From the NCBI GenBank assembly GCA_965649765.1, contig OZ287751.1:26846001-26910000 (forward strand): DNA of 64,000 nucleotides. The letters run 5' to 3'. Below are positions 37,261-48,622 of this stretch, piece by piece. The number at the start of each line of letters is the position of its first letter. Within the stretch, counting starts at the first letter, position 1. The translations under genes and the position numbers were made by a program. The notes under the pieces are model-generated. The model was not told the origin of the DNA and made no database searches. It saw only the letters and a program-made list of their open reading frames with translations. This stretch comes from Bispira polyomma (Eukaryota).

Positions 37261-37482
37261 GTAATAGTCACATATACATTTAGGTTGGCGATTACTGTAC
37301 GACCAGTTTTAAGGGTCAGTGAAGAACATGTTGCTATTATATGTCCATGTCCAATGTTTCAAAGATTTATAGAGACCAATTGCACACATTGGAGTACACA
37401 TACCCCACCCACTTTCATGGAGGGATGTGGCTAATATAGGTATCATTGTTATGATTATGTACACCTGTGGAGCATATGATGT

Positions 37483-37610
37483 GGGGCCGCGGTGGCCTAG
37501 TGGTTAGCAAGCATTGCGCTTCACAATCACTGGTCTCTCACCTCTGGGCAGCGTGAGTTCGAATCCTGCCAATGCCTATGTGGGAAAGGTGGTAGTTCCT
37601 TACTGTGGGC
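37483..37610 (+). mobile_element. tRNA-derived SINE family A, 3'-truncated
   Basis: GGGGCCGCGGTGGCCTAGTGGTTAGC...GTTCGAATCC...TGTGGGAAAGG matches 13299-13555 and 51558-51821. Confidence 0.9.
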
Positions 37611-39163
37611 TGAAGTTATTTTTCAGGTATGGATGTGTTTTTTTGTTCTTACTGACAAGATTGTTTCCACTTTGCAACCTGTCGCCGACCGATCACAGCA
37701 TATCTTTTCCTGATAGCTGATCTATTGCTGAGCAGTGCCGAATTGGTCAACAAAGAAGCCATTGGGTGGATGTGGAAGTTAGTTGTTGCTGACTGGTCAC
37801 TGATAATTTATGGCAACTTGTCTGAGTAGTTGCTTTCACTTGGAAGTACATTGTGAGTTCAGACATGCAGGTAGCTTTCAACTAGCGTAACCTATCGTAC
37901 ATTATTTTTTATTCTTTTAAAAGCACATGGGACCACTTACAGAATATTTCCGAGCAGTTTAATGGCCAGCAGGTTTGTTGGTGCAGCACCAGAAAACCTC
38001 CTTCTGACCAAACTGGTCTTACATCTACTGAAGACCACCAGAGAACAACAAAAATTCTTTAAAAAATTATGAAAACCTACTTTCAATGGGAAGTTGTATT
38101 GGGCTTGTAGGAGGCTCGGGTTTATTAGCGATAGTTATTTTTATTATAATCAGACTGTGTGAAACTCAACAACTACCATTTTTATCAAGCGAGCCTGATG
38201 TTGTTTTCCATTCCTAAAAGAACGTCGCCATCTTAGAAATAATATGCAAGGCCTTCATGGATTGTTCATGGAAGCAATCGACTCATCCAAACTAAAGGGG
38301 GTGTCAGATTTGGCTCAGTTTTTAGTGTCCATATCAACGTTAGTGTATTTTATACTGTGCGCCTGTGTCTTTAAAAAAAAAGACATTTCTTGTTTTTTAG
38401 CATATACATGGATATGTTTGTGTGTATAAGCTTGGGTTGTACCCTACTATTATCTCTGTACCACTTACTAATAATTACACCTTCCTCTCTCTTTGCCGGA
38501 AATGTGATCAATTAGACTAAAAGATCACTGAAAAGCATCTTGATGCCATACCAATGGCGTAATTGAAGGTCTACAATTAGACGTATATTCACAAGAATAA
38601 AGAAAAGACAAATGCTACATGATACAACGAACTCAAACATCCATGGGTGAATGTGGAACTTTACAAAAGTGGTCCTAATTAACTTAAGGTTTCTATTGAA
38701 TGGCTAACCCCAAATAACGTGTAGCTCTGATAATGTTGTCTCAATTCAGTTGGCTAGGTAGGAGGGTATTCCTGTGTATTGCTTATAAGAGCTACACTTG
38801 TGTGACCACTCCTATGCAGATGTCTGTACTTAGAAGAATATGATTGGCCAAGCAGTTGGGGGAGTCTGTGTATATCTTAACTGAGGCTTTCTTTTACTGA
38901 ATAAAAGCAACAGTCGCAGACTGCTTCTGGGGTAAAGGGCCATTGTTAGGGATTCACCATTATTGTAATAGCTTTATGACAGTGAACCTTGGAATGCTGT
39001 CATTTTGGAAATAGTTGTAGAAATGGTATGACAGTGTTAAGTAGAAAAAACTACCTCCTTTGTGTGCACACTAACATTATTCCCACTGGTTAAAAACCTT
39101 TGCAAAGTTTCTACAAAGCGAACAATTTGGTGAACCATTTGAAAAGTGATTTATTTACAAACA

Positions 39164-40867
39164 ATGATGTCCATCATTTTATGTGCAGTTATTATTTCGT
39201 TGGCATTAGCAGAAGAGGGATTGCATCCATCGTTCCAGCGCAATGTGAGACCATCATACGAAAGCTTTCTTTTGGGAAAACGTGGGATGCCACGTGATGA
39301 AAGTTCTTATATGGGATTTCTTCTTGGGAAAATTAAGAGGGAGAATCCCAAATACTACGACTTCCTGATGGCAGAAGGTACTGTGAAGCGAGCAGATCTC
39401 AGCGACTTTATGGTGGGGATGAAGAGGCAGCCACTTGGGTACATGGATTTTGTCATGGGGGCAAAGAGAAACGGTTACACAGACATGCTGGACGTCAAGA
39501 GGGATGCATACACAGACTTCCTGACTGGAAGTAAAAGACCATATGACTTTGATCATTTCGTTCTTGGGAAGCGTATGCAGAATTACAAGGATTTTGTACT
39601 GGGAAAGCGGCGTGTTAGGAGAGCTGTGCCTAAAGGTACTGATGACGGTCTACACGGTCAGTTCGTGCTGGGAAAAAAGTCGAAAGGTCCACAGGACTTT
39701 GATAACTTTGTCTTGGGAAAGAAAAGTTCCCCCAAAGAAGGCTATGACGGATTTGTGTTGGGGAAAAAAAGTTCCCCTCAGGAAGGGTTTGATAATTTTG
39801 TACCGGGAAAGAAAAGGTCTCCACAAGGGGAATATGATAAGTTTGTACTAGGAAAAAAAAGTTCCCCAGAAGGCGAGTATGACAATTTTGTACTTGGAAA
39901 GAAAAGGTCTCCTGAAGGGGTGAATGATAATTTTGTACTGGGAAAGAAAAGGTCTCCAGAAGGGGAGTATGATAATTTTGTACTGGGTAAGAAAAGAAGT
40001 GGTTATGATAATTTTGTTTTAGGAAAGAAAAGTTCCCCAGAGGGAGGGTTTAATGGGTTTGTCTTAGGTAAAAAGAGTATCCCAGAGGAAGGTTTTGATA
40101 AGTTTGTTTTGGGTAAAAAGAATGCCCCAGACGGAGAGTTTAATAAGTTTGTCTTAGGTAAAAAGGATGCCCCAGAAGGAGGGTTTAATGGGTTTGTTTT
40201 AGGTAAAAAAGGTACCCCAGAGGAAGGTTTTGATAAGTTTGTTTTAGGTAAAAAGAATTCCCTAGAGGGAGGTTATAATGGGTTTGTTCTGGGAAAGAAA
40301 AGCGACCTTGATAAAGGGTATGATAATTTTGTTCTAGGAAAAAAAGCTTCACCAGAAGGTGCCTATGATAACTTTCTGTTAGGAAAAAAGAGTACCGACT
40401 ACGATCAATTTGTCTTTGGGAAGAGGAGTGGCTATGATGACTTTGTTTTGGGTAAAAGAGGGCATCCAAATTATGACCAGTTCTTGGCGGGTAAAAAGCA
40501 CACAGCTGGATATCGTGACTTTGTGTTGGGCAAGCGAGCAAGATTTTCACCCATGTCTGGCTTCAGCAAAAAACAGAGCCTTGGAAGTAGATATACCGAT
40601 TTCCTTGTAGGCGTCAAGAAAAGTGCCCCGAGCCCCCAAGATAAGAGATATCACAATGTTATCGAAGACTTTGTACTTGGTAAACGGGAGGCCTCAGACA
40701 ATGTGGACGACAGGCGAGAATACAAGGATACCTACACGCAGATGGGCAGAGAAGGAGGTCAAGGTCAAACAGGTGAGAAGAGATCAGCGGTCCATCAAGC
40801 AGACCAAGGCAATGAAGTCATAGATGGGAAGGCTTCAGTTAACACAGTGGATAGTTATAACCAATGA
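39164..40867 (+). CDS. Multi-copy neuropeptide precursor (FVLamide-type, 567 aa)
   Basis: ATG at 39164 with A at -3; hydrophobic signal peptide MMSIILCAVIISLALA/EE. 20 FVL-G-K(K/R) units plus FLLG, FVPG, FVFG and FLAG variants bounded by dibasic convertase sites. 1.7-kb open frame in AT-rich DNA, with synonymous variation between repeat units. Confidence 0.96.
   Translation: MMSIILCAVIISLALAEEGLHPSFQRNVRPSYESFLLGKRGMPRDESSYMGFLLGKIKRENPKYYDFLMAEGTVKRADLSDFMVGMKRQPLGYMDFVMGAKRNGYTDMLDVKRDAYTDFLTGSKRPYDFDHFVLGKRMQNYKDFVLGKRRVRRAVPKGTDDGLHGQFVLGKKSKGPQDFDNFVLGKKSSPKEGYDGFVLGKKSSPQEGFDNFVPGKKRSPQGEYDKFVLGKKSSPEGEYDNFVLGKKRSPEGVNDNFVLGKKRSPEGEYDNFVLGKKRSGYDNFVLGKKSSPEGGFNGFVLGKKSIPEEGFDKFVLGKKNAPDGEFNKFVLGKKDAPEGGFNGFVLGKKGTPEEGFDKFVLGKKNSLEGGYNGFVLGKKSDLDKGYDNFVLGKKASPEGAYDNFLLGKKSTDYDQFVFGKRSGYDDFVLGKRGHPNYDQFLAGKKHTAGYRDFVLGKRARFSPMSGFSKKQSLGSRYTDFLVGVKKSAPSPQDKRYHNVIEDFVLGKREASDNVDDRREYKDTYTQMGREGGQGQTGEKRSAVHQADQGNEVIDGKASVNTVDSYNQ
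39680..40390 (+). repeat. Coding tandem array of mostly 45-nt (15-aa) units
   Basis: About 16 units of xxP(E/Q/D)(G/E)x(Y/F)(D/N)xFVLGKK, including one short unit SGYDNFVLGKK. Confidence 0.95.
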
Positions 40868-42594
40868 GTGGAGCCTATGCTTGGTCTATATAATTTACTA
40901 TTTTCTGATGTGTAATTTACATAAAGTACAGGATATGTTACATATCTTTTTCTCCTCTATAACATCTTACAGTTTCTCTATGTGACACATGTAAACAATT
41001 ATTTACCTGTTAATTGTCTCATTATTTTTTTTCATACTATTAGTGAGTTTACACTTTATGCAGAAACATTACACAAAAATGAATTTCTAATTCTCATATA
41101 AAAATTCAAGTCGAGTTGTATGGATCTTTGACTATGTTAAACTATTTGTTGTTCCCTCTCACCCTGTTCGGGTTATATAGATTTTCATACAGATATCTAA
41201 TGATGTCTAATTATTGTAATTTAAGGTGTCTGCAGTTTAGTGCTTAAAAATACCAATACCTAATTGTCAGGGTAGTGACAAAACAGGTGGTAGAATGGTC
41301 ATATACATGAGTAAAGATTGGTTTGTGGAAAGATAGTGTTTTCCAGAAGTCAAGGTTTTGTCAATACCAACACTTAATTAGATTCCTATTGTGAAAAAAC
41401 CCTAACCAAACGTTAGAAATGGTGTAGTTTCATAATAAGTGTACAAAATGCAAACAAAAAATGATTGCTTATACAATCCTCAGAACAATGTATTGGAAAT
41501 TATATAAATATATGATATTGGTAAAATACACTGATCCACATAAACCACATTGTGACTGGATATACAGTTACTTTAACTAAGGCTGTGTAAAAATTTGGCT
41601 AAATTACTTCTCACACAAAGTATGCACATGTTTTACTTTATTGCAAAATACCTTTCAAGTACCAAGCAACATTTTTGTCTTCATATTATTGCTTTAGGCT
41701 ACTTCATTTGTTTTACTTAAATGTAGTGCACAGTATAACACTTAGGTAAACTTTTTTGTTAAAAGTTCAGAGACCAATAATATAACTCTAGCCCTGTTTG
41801 AAATGTTCCATACATAGCTAAGTTGCACACAGTGTTCTTTCTACTGCTGTTGTTATAAAACATCCACGCAAATTTAAAATTTCCCTGCTTGCATTTACCA
41901 AAGTCATCTCCCGTGACCCTGGATACCAGTTGCTGGGTCTGCTACCTAAATCCTATTTCGTGCAACGAATACCCGATTAAAACCTCATCTGTCGGATATA
42001 TCATCAAGTGCATTCACAAGATGGCCATCCAATTCCAAGGCTCACCAAATAGTTTTCAGTTATTAAGGAAAAAATGCATAAAATGTGTGCATGAAATAAT
42101 GTAATTAGATTTCAAAATTATTACAGACATTTTTTGTTTGATTTTTAATGAAATTGAAATGATATATACAACGTCTTGGTTTTTTATATGTACTAGTACA
42201 TATATATATATATATATATGTGTGTGAGCTTCATTTGTACTGACACTTGAAGATAATAAACAACAACAGCACATCAGAACCTAAATTCTGCAAACTACTG
42301 TACACATATAAAACACAAGTTTTCAATGGTAATGTTAAAACCCATTTTCTGTTTAGTCACTAAGACTAGTAATGTATTACATGACATTGTTACTATCTGC
42401 GGGTTAATTATTATTAATTTTACTCAATGCAATAAAATGTGATATTGTATATATATATATGCACAAGTTTTAACTAGTGAATAAAATCCTCTCTATCATT
42501 TACAATGAGCTGTACTGTAGTTTTATTCATACATTTCAGCGTGAGTTTTCTTAATATCAATTTATTTGATGTGAAATGATACATTAAACATTCC

Positions 42595-42910
42595 TTATTG
42601 ATGACAGGCATCTTCTAAAGCGCAATATTTTTGATAAAGTTAAAATCATAACCCGTTTCCAATGCAAATTCGTGATCAGGGAAGTGACATGAATGAGAAA
42701 GATCTCTATGGAGGAGGGTAAGCGAGGTTGAAAATATTGGTCCTACGGTTGCTTTTGAAAAGATTTTCTGGGATCTTATATTGGCTGGAAAATTGTTCCA
42801 TAGGGTTGGTGCTGCAACAGAGAAGGCATAGGATCCAATCCGTTTACTAATTCTGGTACTGGAGACTGATATTCTGTTTCCCCTCGTAAACCTGCGGAAA
42901 GACAAAAATA
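42595..42910 (-). mobile_element. L2 3' fragment
   Basis: RGNRISVSSTRISKRIGSYAFSVAAPTLWNNFP and a reversed L2 stem-loop at ~42595-42625. Confidence 0.8.
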
Positions 42911-44069
42911 AGGCCAGGCTAAGTAACAGCTATTTATGTAGACATTTTTTCCACCCTTTTCCACACCTGTAGTCAAAGTGTGATGTCCAGGTGTTCTTGG
43001 TGGAGAAAAAAACCGTACTATCTGTACAGCAAAAACCACCGACCTACGGGAAGTAATCCAGATTTCAATAGGAACCATAACATGGATTTGCTACTATCAA
43101 AATGTAAATCCTGCCATTTATGTGACCTTGAAAGTACATAGCAGAACAAACACTTAGGTTTAGCAGTTCAGACTGATCATCGTGGTCATCCATGTGTTAT
43201 ATAGTACAGAGGCGAGAACATTGATTCCGAAACACTAGACAAACCTTTATATTCTGGAATTCATAATGATGCAAAATTAATTAGAAAATTGACCACTTTG
43301 TGTATAATCAGGGTACCGTTTTGGTAAAAAGACATTATGTTTAGCTGATAGCTTATGTGATGAGGGATTCAGATCAATCTATATTTCTTTACATTGCCCA
43401 TTACCACACATGATCCACACAAACGGTACAGAAGAATGAGCAGAAAGTATGTCAATAAAAAGCTATCTATAGCTTCTCTGTTCATTGCATGATATGTATA
43501 AACCCCCCCCCCCCTCCTCCACCCCCATCTTTTAGGAAAATCCTAGACCTGCCACTGCATGTGCTATTGATAATTACAAGTTATATAAAAGGACAACCAA
43601 TATTGTCTCCCTGGACATTAATTCATCCCTAAGCCATAACACTGCTAACAAAAAAGGCCATTTTTAACGTTATTCAGTGAAACCCTTTACAGCTCTAAAT
43701 TCTAAATCTCTGATGAAAGATGAAAGCTAAAACCACACAAATAAGCAAAGAAATGAAATAACATCAGACATTTCAGTTGTAGCCAGTTAAGGAGTGGATT
43801 CAACTGCAACGATGGAATGGATTGTAACTCATCTCCGGAATTTTTGTCTCTTTAATTAGGTCACATGTATCGTAGCCATCCAGATAGCATGGTGGTTATA
43901 GGTGGCAGTTGGACTCGTTGCCAAGATATGGTCTTTTTACCCATAAGACAAGGCAGGGAAACACATTTCCATGTTTACAGAACAAATGAAGCCACGGAGA
44001 TGGAAAAAAAACACCCATGTGTCTAATTGTTGAGCTCAGTACATCATCATGACACAGCAGGGTTGTAAT

Positions 44070-44317
44070 CTCGGCTGGTATTCTCGAACGTATACTCAGC
44101 TTAAACTCGTACTCAGCTCAAATCTGGATTCTCTATAACTCTGGATACAGCAAAGATAACCAAAATCTGACTTCATATTTGAATTCAGGGTTAAAAGCTC
44201 TATTAAAATGAATGGTCATAAGTATAGGTTATTTCCATGTACAATGATTTTCACATGGCCTGTATTTGAGTTGAGTATGAGTTTAAGCTGAGTATACGTT
44301 CGAGAATACGGGCCCAG
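44070..44317. mobile_element. MITE with ~50-bp TIRs (Harbinger-like GGGCC terminus)
   Basis: GTATTCTCGAACGTATACTCAGCTTAAACTC..., with its reverse complement ending ...GAGAATACGGGCCCAG. Confidence 0.8.
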
Positions 44318-44679
44318 AACTAAACAGATCAAAACTTTGCATACTTGTTACTTTGTGTTTTGTTAGTGCAAGGGTTGGTAAAATGATAATAGACTGATAC
44401 ATCCGTTTTGGAGAAACCAAAGATACCATGTTTTGGCTTTGCCACAGTTGCTTTCAGTGGCAATTTTCAGAGGTTTGAGACATTTACCATACCTGTGGAA
44501 ATCTGGCACTTATAACAAACAAAAATAATTATAATGACCAACTTATGACCAACCTATACATACTTATTCACAGAAATGTCATTATTTCAAATAAGTTCCT
44601 GTATGTTGTATAAAACGTAGAAATGTCCCATGTCAGATTGGCAAACCTTTGCAAATGGTAACTGCTCTGTCCTTCTAAG

Positions 44680-45330
44680 ACTAAATTACATCTCCAAATT
44701 AGTTGAAAGAGTTATAACCACACCGATTAAGTCACATCTGGACATTAATGGCCTTGGAAATTGCTACCAGTCAGCCTATAAAAGCGGCCACTCAGAAACT
44801 GTTCTGTTAGATTCATATGTCACTATTTAAGGGTTCTGCTTGATCTATCGGCAACTTTTGATACCATCGATCATAGTACTCTTCTGAATTGTTTGTCCTC
44901 ACGGTTTTAGGGGTGTTGTCCTTGATTGGTTTCAGACCTATCTTACAAACAGATACCAGGCTGTCAAGATTGGAAAATCTATTTCTAATCTATTTAAATT
45001 AGAATACAGTGTCCCTTAGGGTTCTGTGTTAGGCCCTGTTCTCTCTGTACACCACCCAATTAAGCCGCATAATTAATAAATATATCTAGATTTTTTTCTG
45101 TCAATATATTACGAAATAAACTCTTTCCATTAAAAATTGTCAAAAATGTGGATGTTCTATTTCATGCTGAGTTTTCCTTTACTGAACATGTTGAGACTAT
45201 AGGCAGATGTTTTGCAAACATCACCCATTTTTAAAAGGACAATAAGGCATCAATCCAGGAGTACTGATACCACGGCCACTAATGCTTTTGTCAGCAGTAG
45301 GCTGCACTACTGCAACCCCCTGTTTGTCGA
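44680..45330 (+). mobile_element. Decayed L2 RT fragment
   Basis: ISKLVE, YQSAYK.GHSET, DLSATFDTIDH, VP*GSVLGP and SSRLHYCN motifs. Confidence 0.75.
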
Positions 45331-45825
45331 GCACACTTAAGACATACTTACCAAGGCTTGCCCTACCTAGGTCATTTTTTTTTCAGATTCATTCCGGTGT
45401 CACCATCTCCCGAAAAAGGACATTACAAGACATGAATATGATCATGATATATTCGCCCTAGAATCCACCTTAATGCGCTATAAAAGTTTGATTAGATTAG
45501 TTTCACGTATAGAAACAAAGAAAGGAGTCTTCACATTGCATTGTACACTTCACACATTCTTTGTATGTCTATTTTTTTAGGAATTTGTATAAGTTTACCA
45601 TCCACTTTTCTTTTTCAAGGCACTAAGCAAAGGTATGTTTAAAAACAAAATTACAAAAAATTGTTGTCTTTATCGTCAATGCATCACAACAAATGTTTTC
45701 TCATAGGATATGAATTACTTCACTACTCCTTCGTTTATTCCTATAAATATATTTTTTCTCCTCAATTCAACAGTAGAATTACACCGGCAAGTCTAGAATG
45801 AGCACAAATAAAACTAGAATACAAT

Positions 45826-46020
45826 TGTCGTCTAATAGGTAAGACACTTTGCTATGAATACGGAGCACCTTGGTTCGATACCCCTTGGAACTCTCAGGTA
45901 CAGAGGATGATATATAGTGGCTCGGATGACCACTTAAATGGCGGTCTTCTGTCCCTGTGTCCTAAAAACCTTGAATATGTTTATAAGTCATCTTGAACTC
46001 TCTGTTTTTCAGCAAGGGAA
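45826..46020 (+). mobile_element. Degenerate tRNA-derived SINE
   Basis: A-box-like TCGTCTAATAGG, B box GGTTCGATACC, and a body shared with 12850-13050. Confidence 0.5.
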
Positions 46021-46054
46021 AAGCCAGTTATTTGTATTCTATTATATATTTCAT

Positions 46055-46460
46055 TTTTAACACGCCTTGTTGATGCGAGGCATCTGCTAAAGTGCACCAC
46101 CAGAATCAAATAAGCAATTGAGAAATCGAACTATATAGCTACAGGATGTGTAAAGATGTAGGGGTATACAGGGAGGGAAATAAAGGGGGTAAGTAAGTTT
46201 GAAAATACAGGTTGACAGTTTTTTTCCCAACCCCAGAAAATGGTTCTAGTGATCTAAGCTCAACTTGGACACTATTCCATAACATGGGGGCAGCAATTAA
46301 GAAAGCTCTAGATCCACCCTTCTTGGTGGGTTTAACAGAGGAAACAGAAAGTCTCTTCCCTCTCTTGAGGTTTACTGAAGGAAAGACAAGTAGCAGGGTA
46401 GGAGGGCTGTTGAGAGACAACGGCTTTGAAAACGGTCACATGGACTTTAAACAGAATTGA
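46055..46460 (-). mobile_element. L2 3' fragment
   Basis: KRGKRLSVSSVKPTKKGGSRAFLIAAPMLWNS, with a reversed stem-loop at ~46062-46095. Confidence 0.8.
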
Positions 46461-48622
46461 AGCTACCTACTGAAGCAAATTGGACTGCACTTAATGGTAA
46501 TTAGTGCCTTGAATTCCTTCGAAACCCTAAGTAACCTAGCAGACAATCTAGAGCACATATATCTGATGAGGCCCCACAGTCTAGAAACGTGAAAGCAAAT
46601 CTAACTTTCTACCTGAATCTTTCATAGTTCACGCCCATCCTCTCTACCAAATTTCACATACAAATTGGTTCATTAGTTTTGTGTAATAATGCTTACCAAC
46701 AAAGCAGTGGACAATTAACCTTCTTTGTGGGCGTAATAGGATGGCAGAGTAGATTTGTGTGTATTCTTAAAATACAGTAAATATTTCATCAATTGCAAGT
46801 AGTATTCAACTGAATGACTCCAAAAACCAACAATCACATAATGTCATTCATTTATGCAGTTAATATCCATATATGCTATTAGTATCAGAAAACTCCATGT
46901 ATAGAGAGAGATTTGTTAGGAAAGAAGCATGTTTTTGTAAATAAGCAGTACCTAATAAAGCCAATAGAGCTGTGTATTAGACGGCAACAAGATCTGGTAA
47001 TAAGAATTCTGTAGATTGGGTATCTCCTTTAAACCAAAGGTGGCAACTGAGAATTATCACAGTAATTGTGTAAAAGCAACCCTCTTGATAATTGCAGTAT
47101 AATGAATAGAGTTATGTGTGTTTTGGGTAACTTTATGTACTAGCAGCCAGGTAGGTATATAGACTCTGTTATGTCACCACATTGATTTCTTGTTTAAAAT
47201 AAGACTTCATATCTTTGTTACAAAAATTAAAATGTAAACAAAGAAACTGTTTGTTTGCCGATTTTCTAATACTTACCTTTTGGAAACCAGACCAGTGAAA
47301 TAAGAAAAAATAGTAACTGAATTAAAATAGAAAAAAATATTACAATTTCTCATTAGAATGATATCATCATATGAAACAGAATAAAAGAAATGGTTTCACT
47401 TGCAGACATGGACGCAGTAAATAATTATTTAATTTCCTAGAGCATTTAACAATGGTTTCCCCCAAGGAAATGGAGCATTGTTTTAGTTTAGAGCTACTGA
47501 TACATTATAACCTGTAGATGGGGCTAATGAAGGCACTGCAGCTCGCCATAAATATTCATATTTGTGTGATAGGGGGGTTGTATTTACCTTGGCTGACTTC
47601 CAGTTGTAAAAATACTACTGACATGTAATGATAACTGAACATCAAATGATTTCATTGCGACACCTTTCTATGTAGTAGCATCACAAAAAACACACCTAGC
47701 AAGTGACGTCAGAGTCAACGCACGTGATTCATTACCATATATCATCTTGATAAATGATTCTTCTGATAAAAGGACCTCTCCCATTTTTGTTACAAATTGC
47801 ATAAAACATTTATTAAGAACCCCCTGATGATAAATCGTTTTAAAGGGAAACAACTCAATAAAATACTTGCACGATCCCAGATGTGGAACTTTAAATATGC
47901 ATCAACATTGTAAAAGCAATTTGTTATCATTAAACAAAGAAAATAATCCCTAATGATCTGTAGCAGGGAGGTGTAATTGTTTTAAAAACATATTGAAAGG
48001 CGCTCGTACTCCATTAAGTTTACATAATGTAGTGCCACTTGGTGTTTATCTACATAACAGTATATTTTGGTACATGTACTTGGCGAGTCTAAACTGTACT
48101 TCATAACTTCATCAAATATTCTTGGCATATATAAATATGACTAATTAAATAAGCTAATTTCTCAAAACATAGGTTTTACTTATGTAAACTCAAAACTTAA
48201 AGTTCAAAAGGAAGGAAGTGTCACCATGTCTGCCTTCCTTCTGGGAAACAAGAGTGACACTGCCCTTTGTCATAATGTGACTGGCAGTGGCATATTCTGT
48301 TATTCTTGCTACTTGACCAGACAGCCACCACATGGTTCAATATCTCAAGTCCAAGTAGACAACACCCTGTGGTCTAGTTAAAGTAGTTGTACATGCAAGT
48401 TGGCCAAGAGGTGACCTTCTGTTTCATAAACATTTTTAAACTTGTATTAATACTAAAGTAGCTAGGCCACTTGTATTTCATTTTATGTTTCTAAAGCTTT
48501 CCCCAAGACTGACATGGGTTTGCTACTTCAATTCGGCAACTCCGAATACAACAAAATTAAGAGAAACCATGTTCAAATTAGTGTCAAGTTATTTTTATTC
48601 TGCCTTTTATTTTGATTCTGCC

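Noticed and set aside
39680-40390. 45-nt repeats as a CRISPR-like array
   Set aside because: The repeats vary at synonymous positions, keep frame and lie inside a signal-peptide ORF. There are no cas genes and the context is eukaryotic.
39100-40823. Overlapping alternative-frame and antisense ORFs within the neuropeptide gene
   Set aside because: They are shadows of the repetitive coding sequence with no independent motifs.
46550-46600. Hammerhead ribozyme core (CTGATGAGGCC...GAAAC)
   Set aside because: Stem II does not abut GAAA, and no stem I or stem III with a cleavage triplet could be formed. At best a decayed remnant. The reversed CTGATGA at ~56803 also lacks GAAA.
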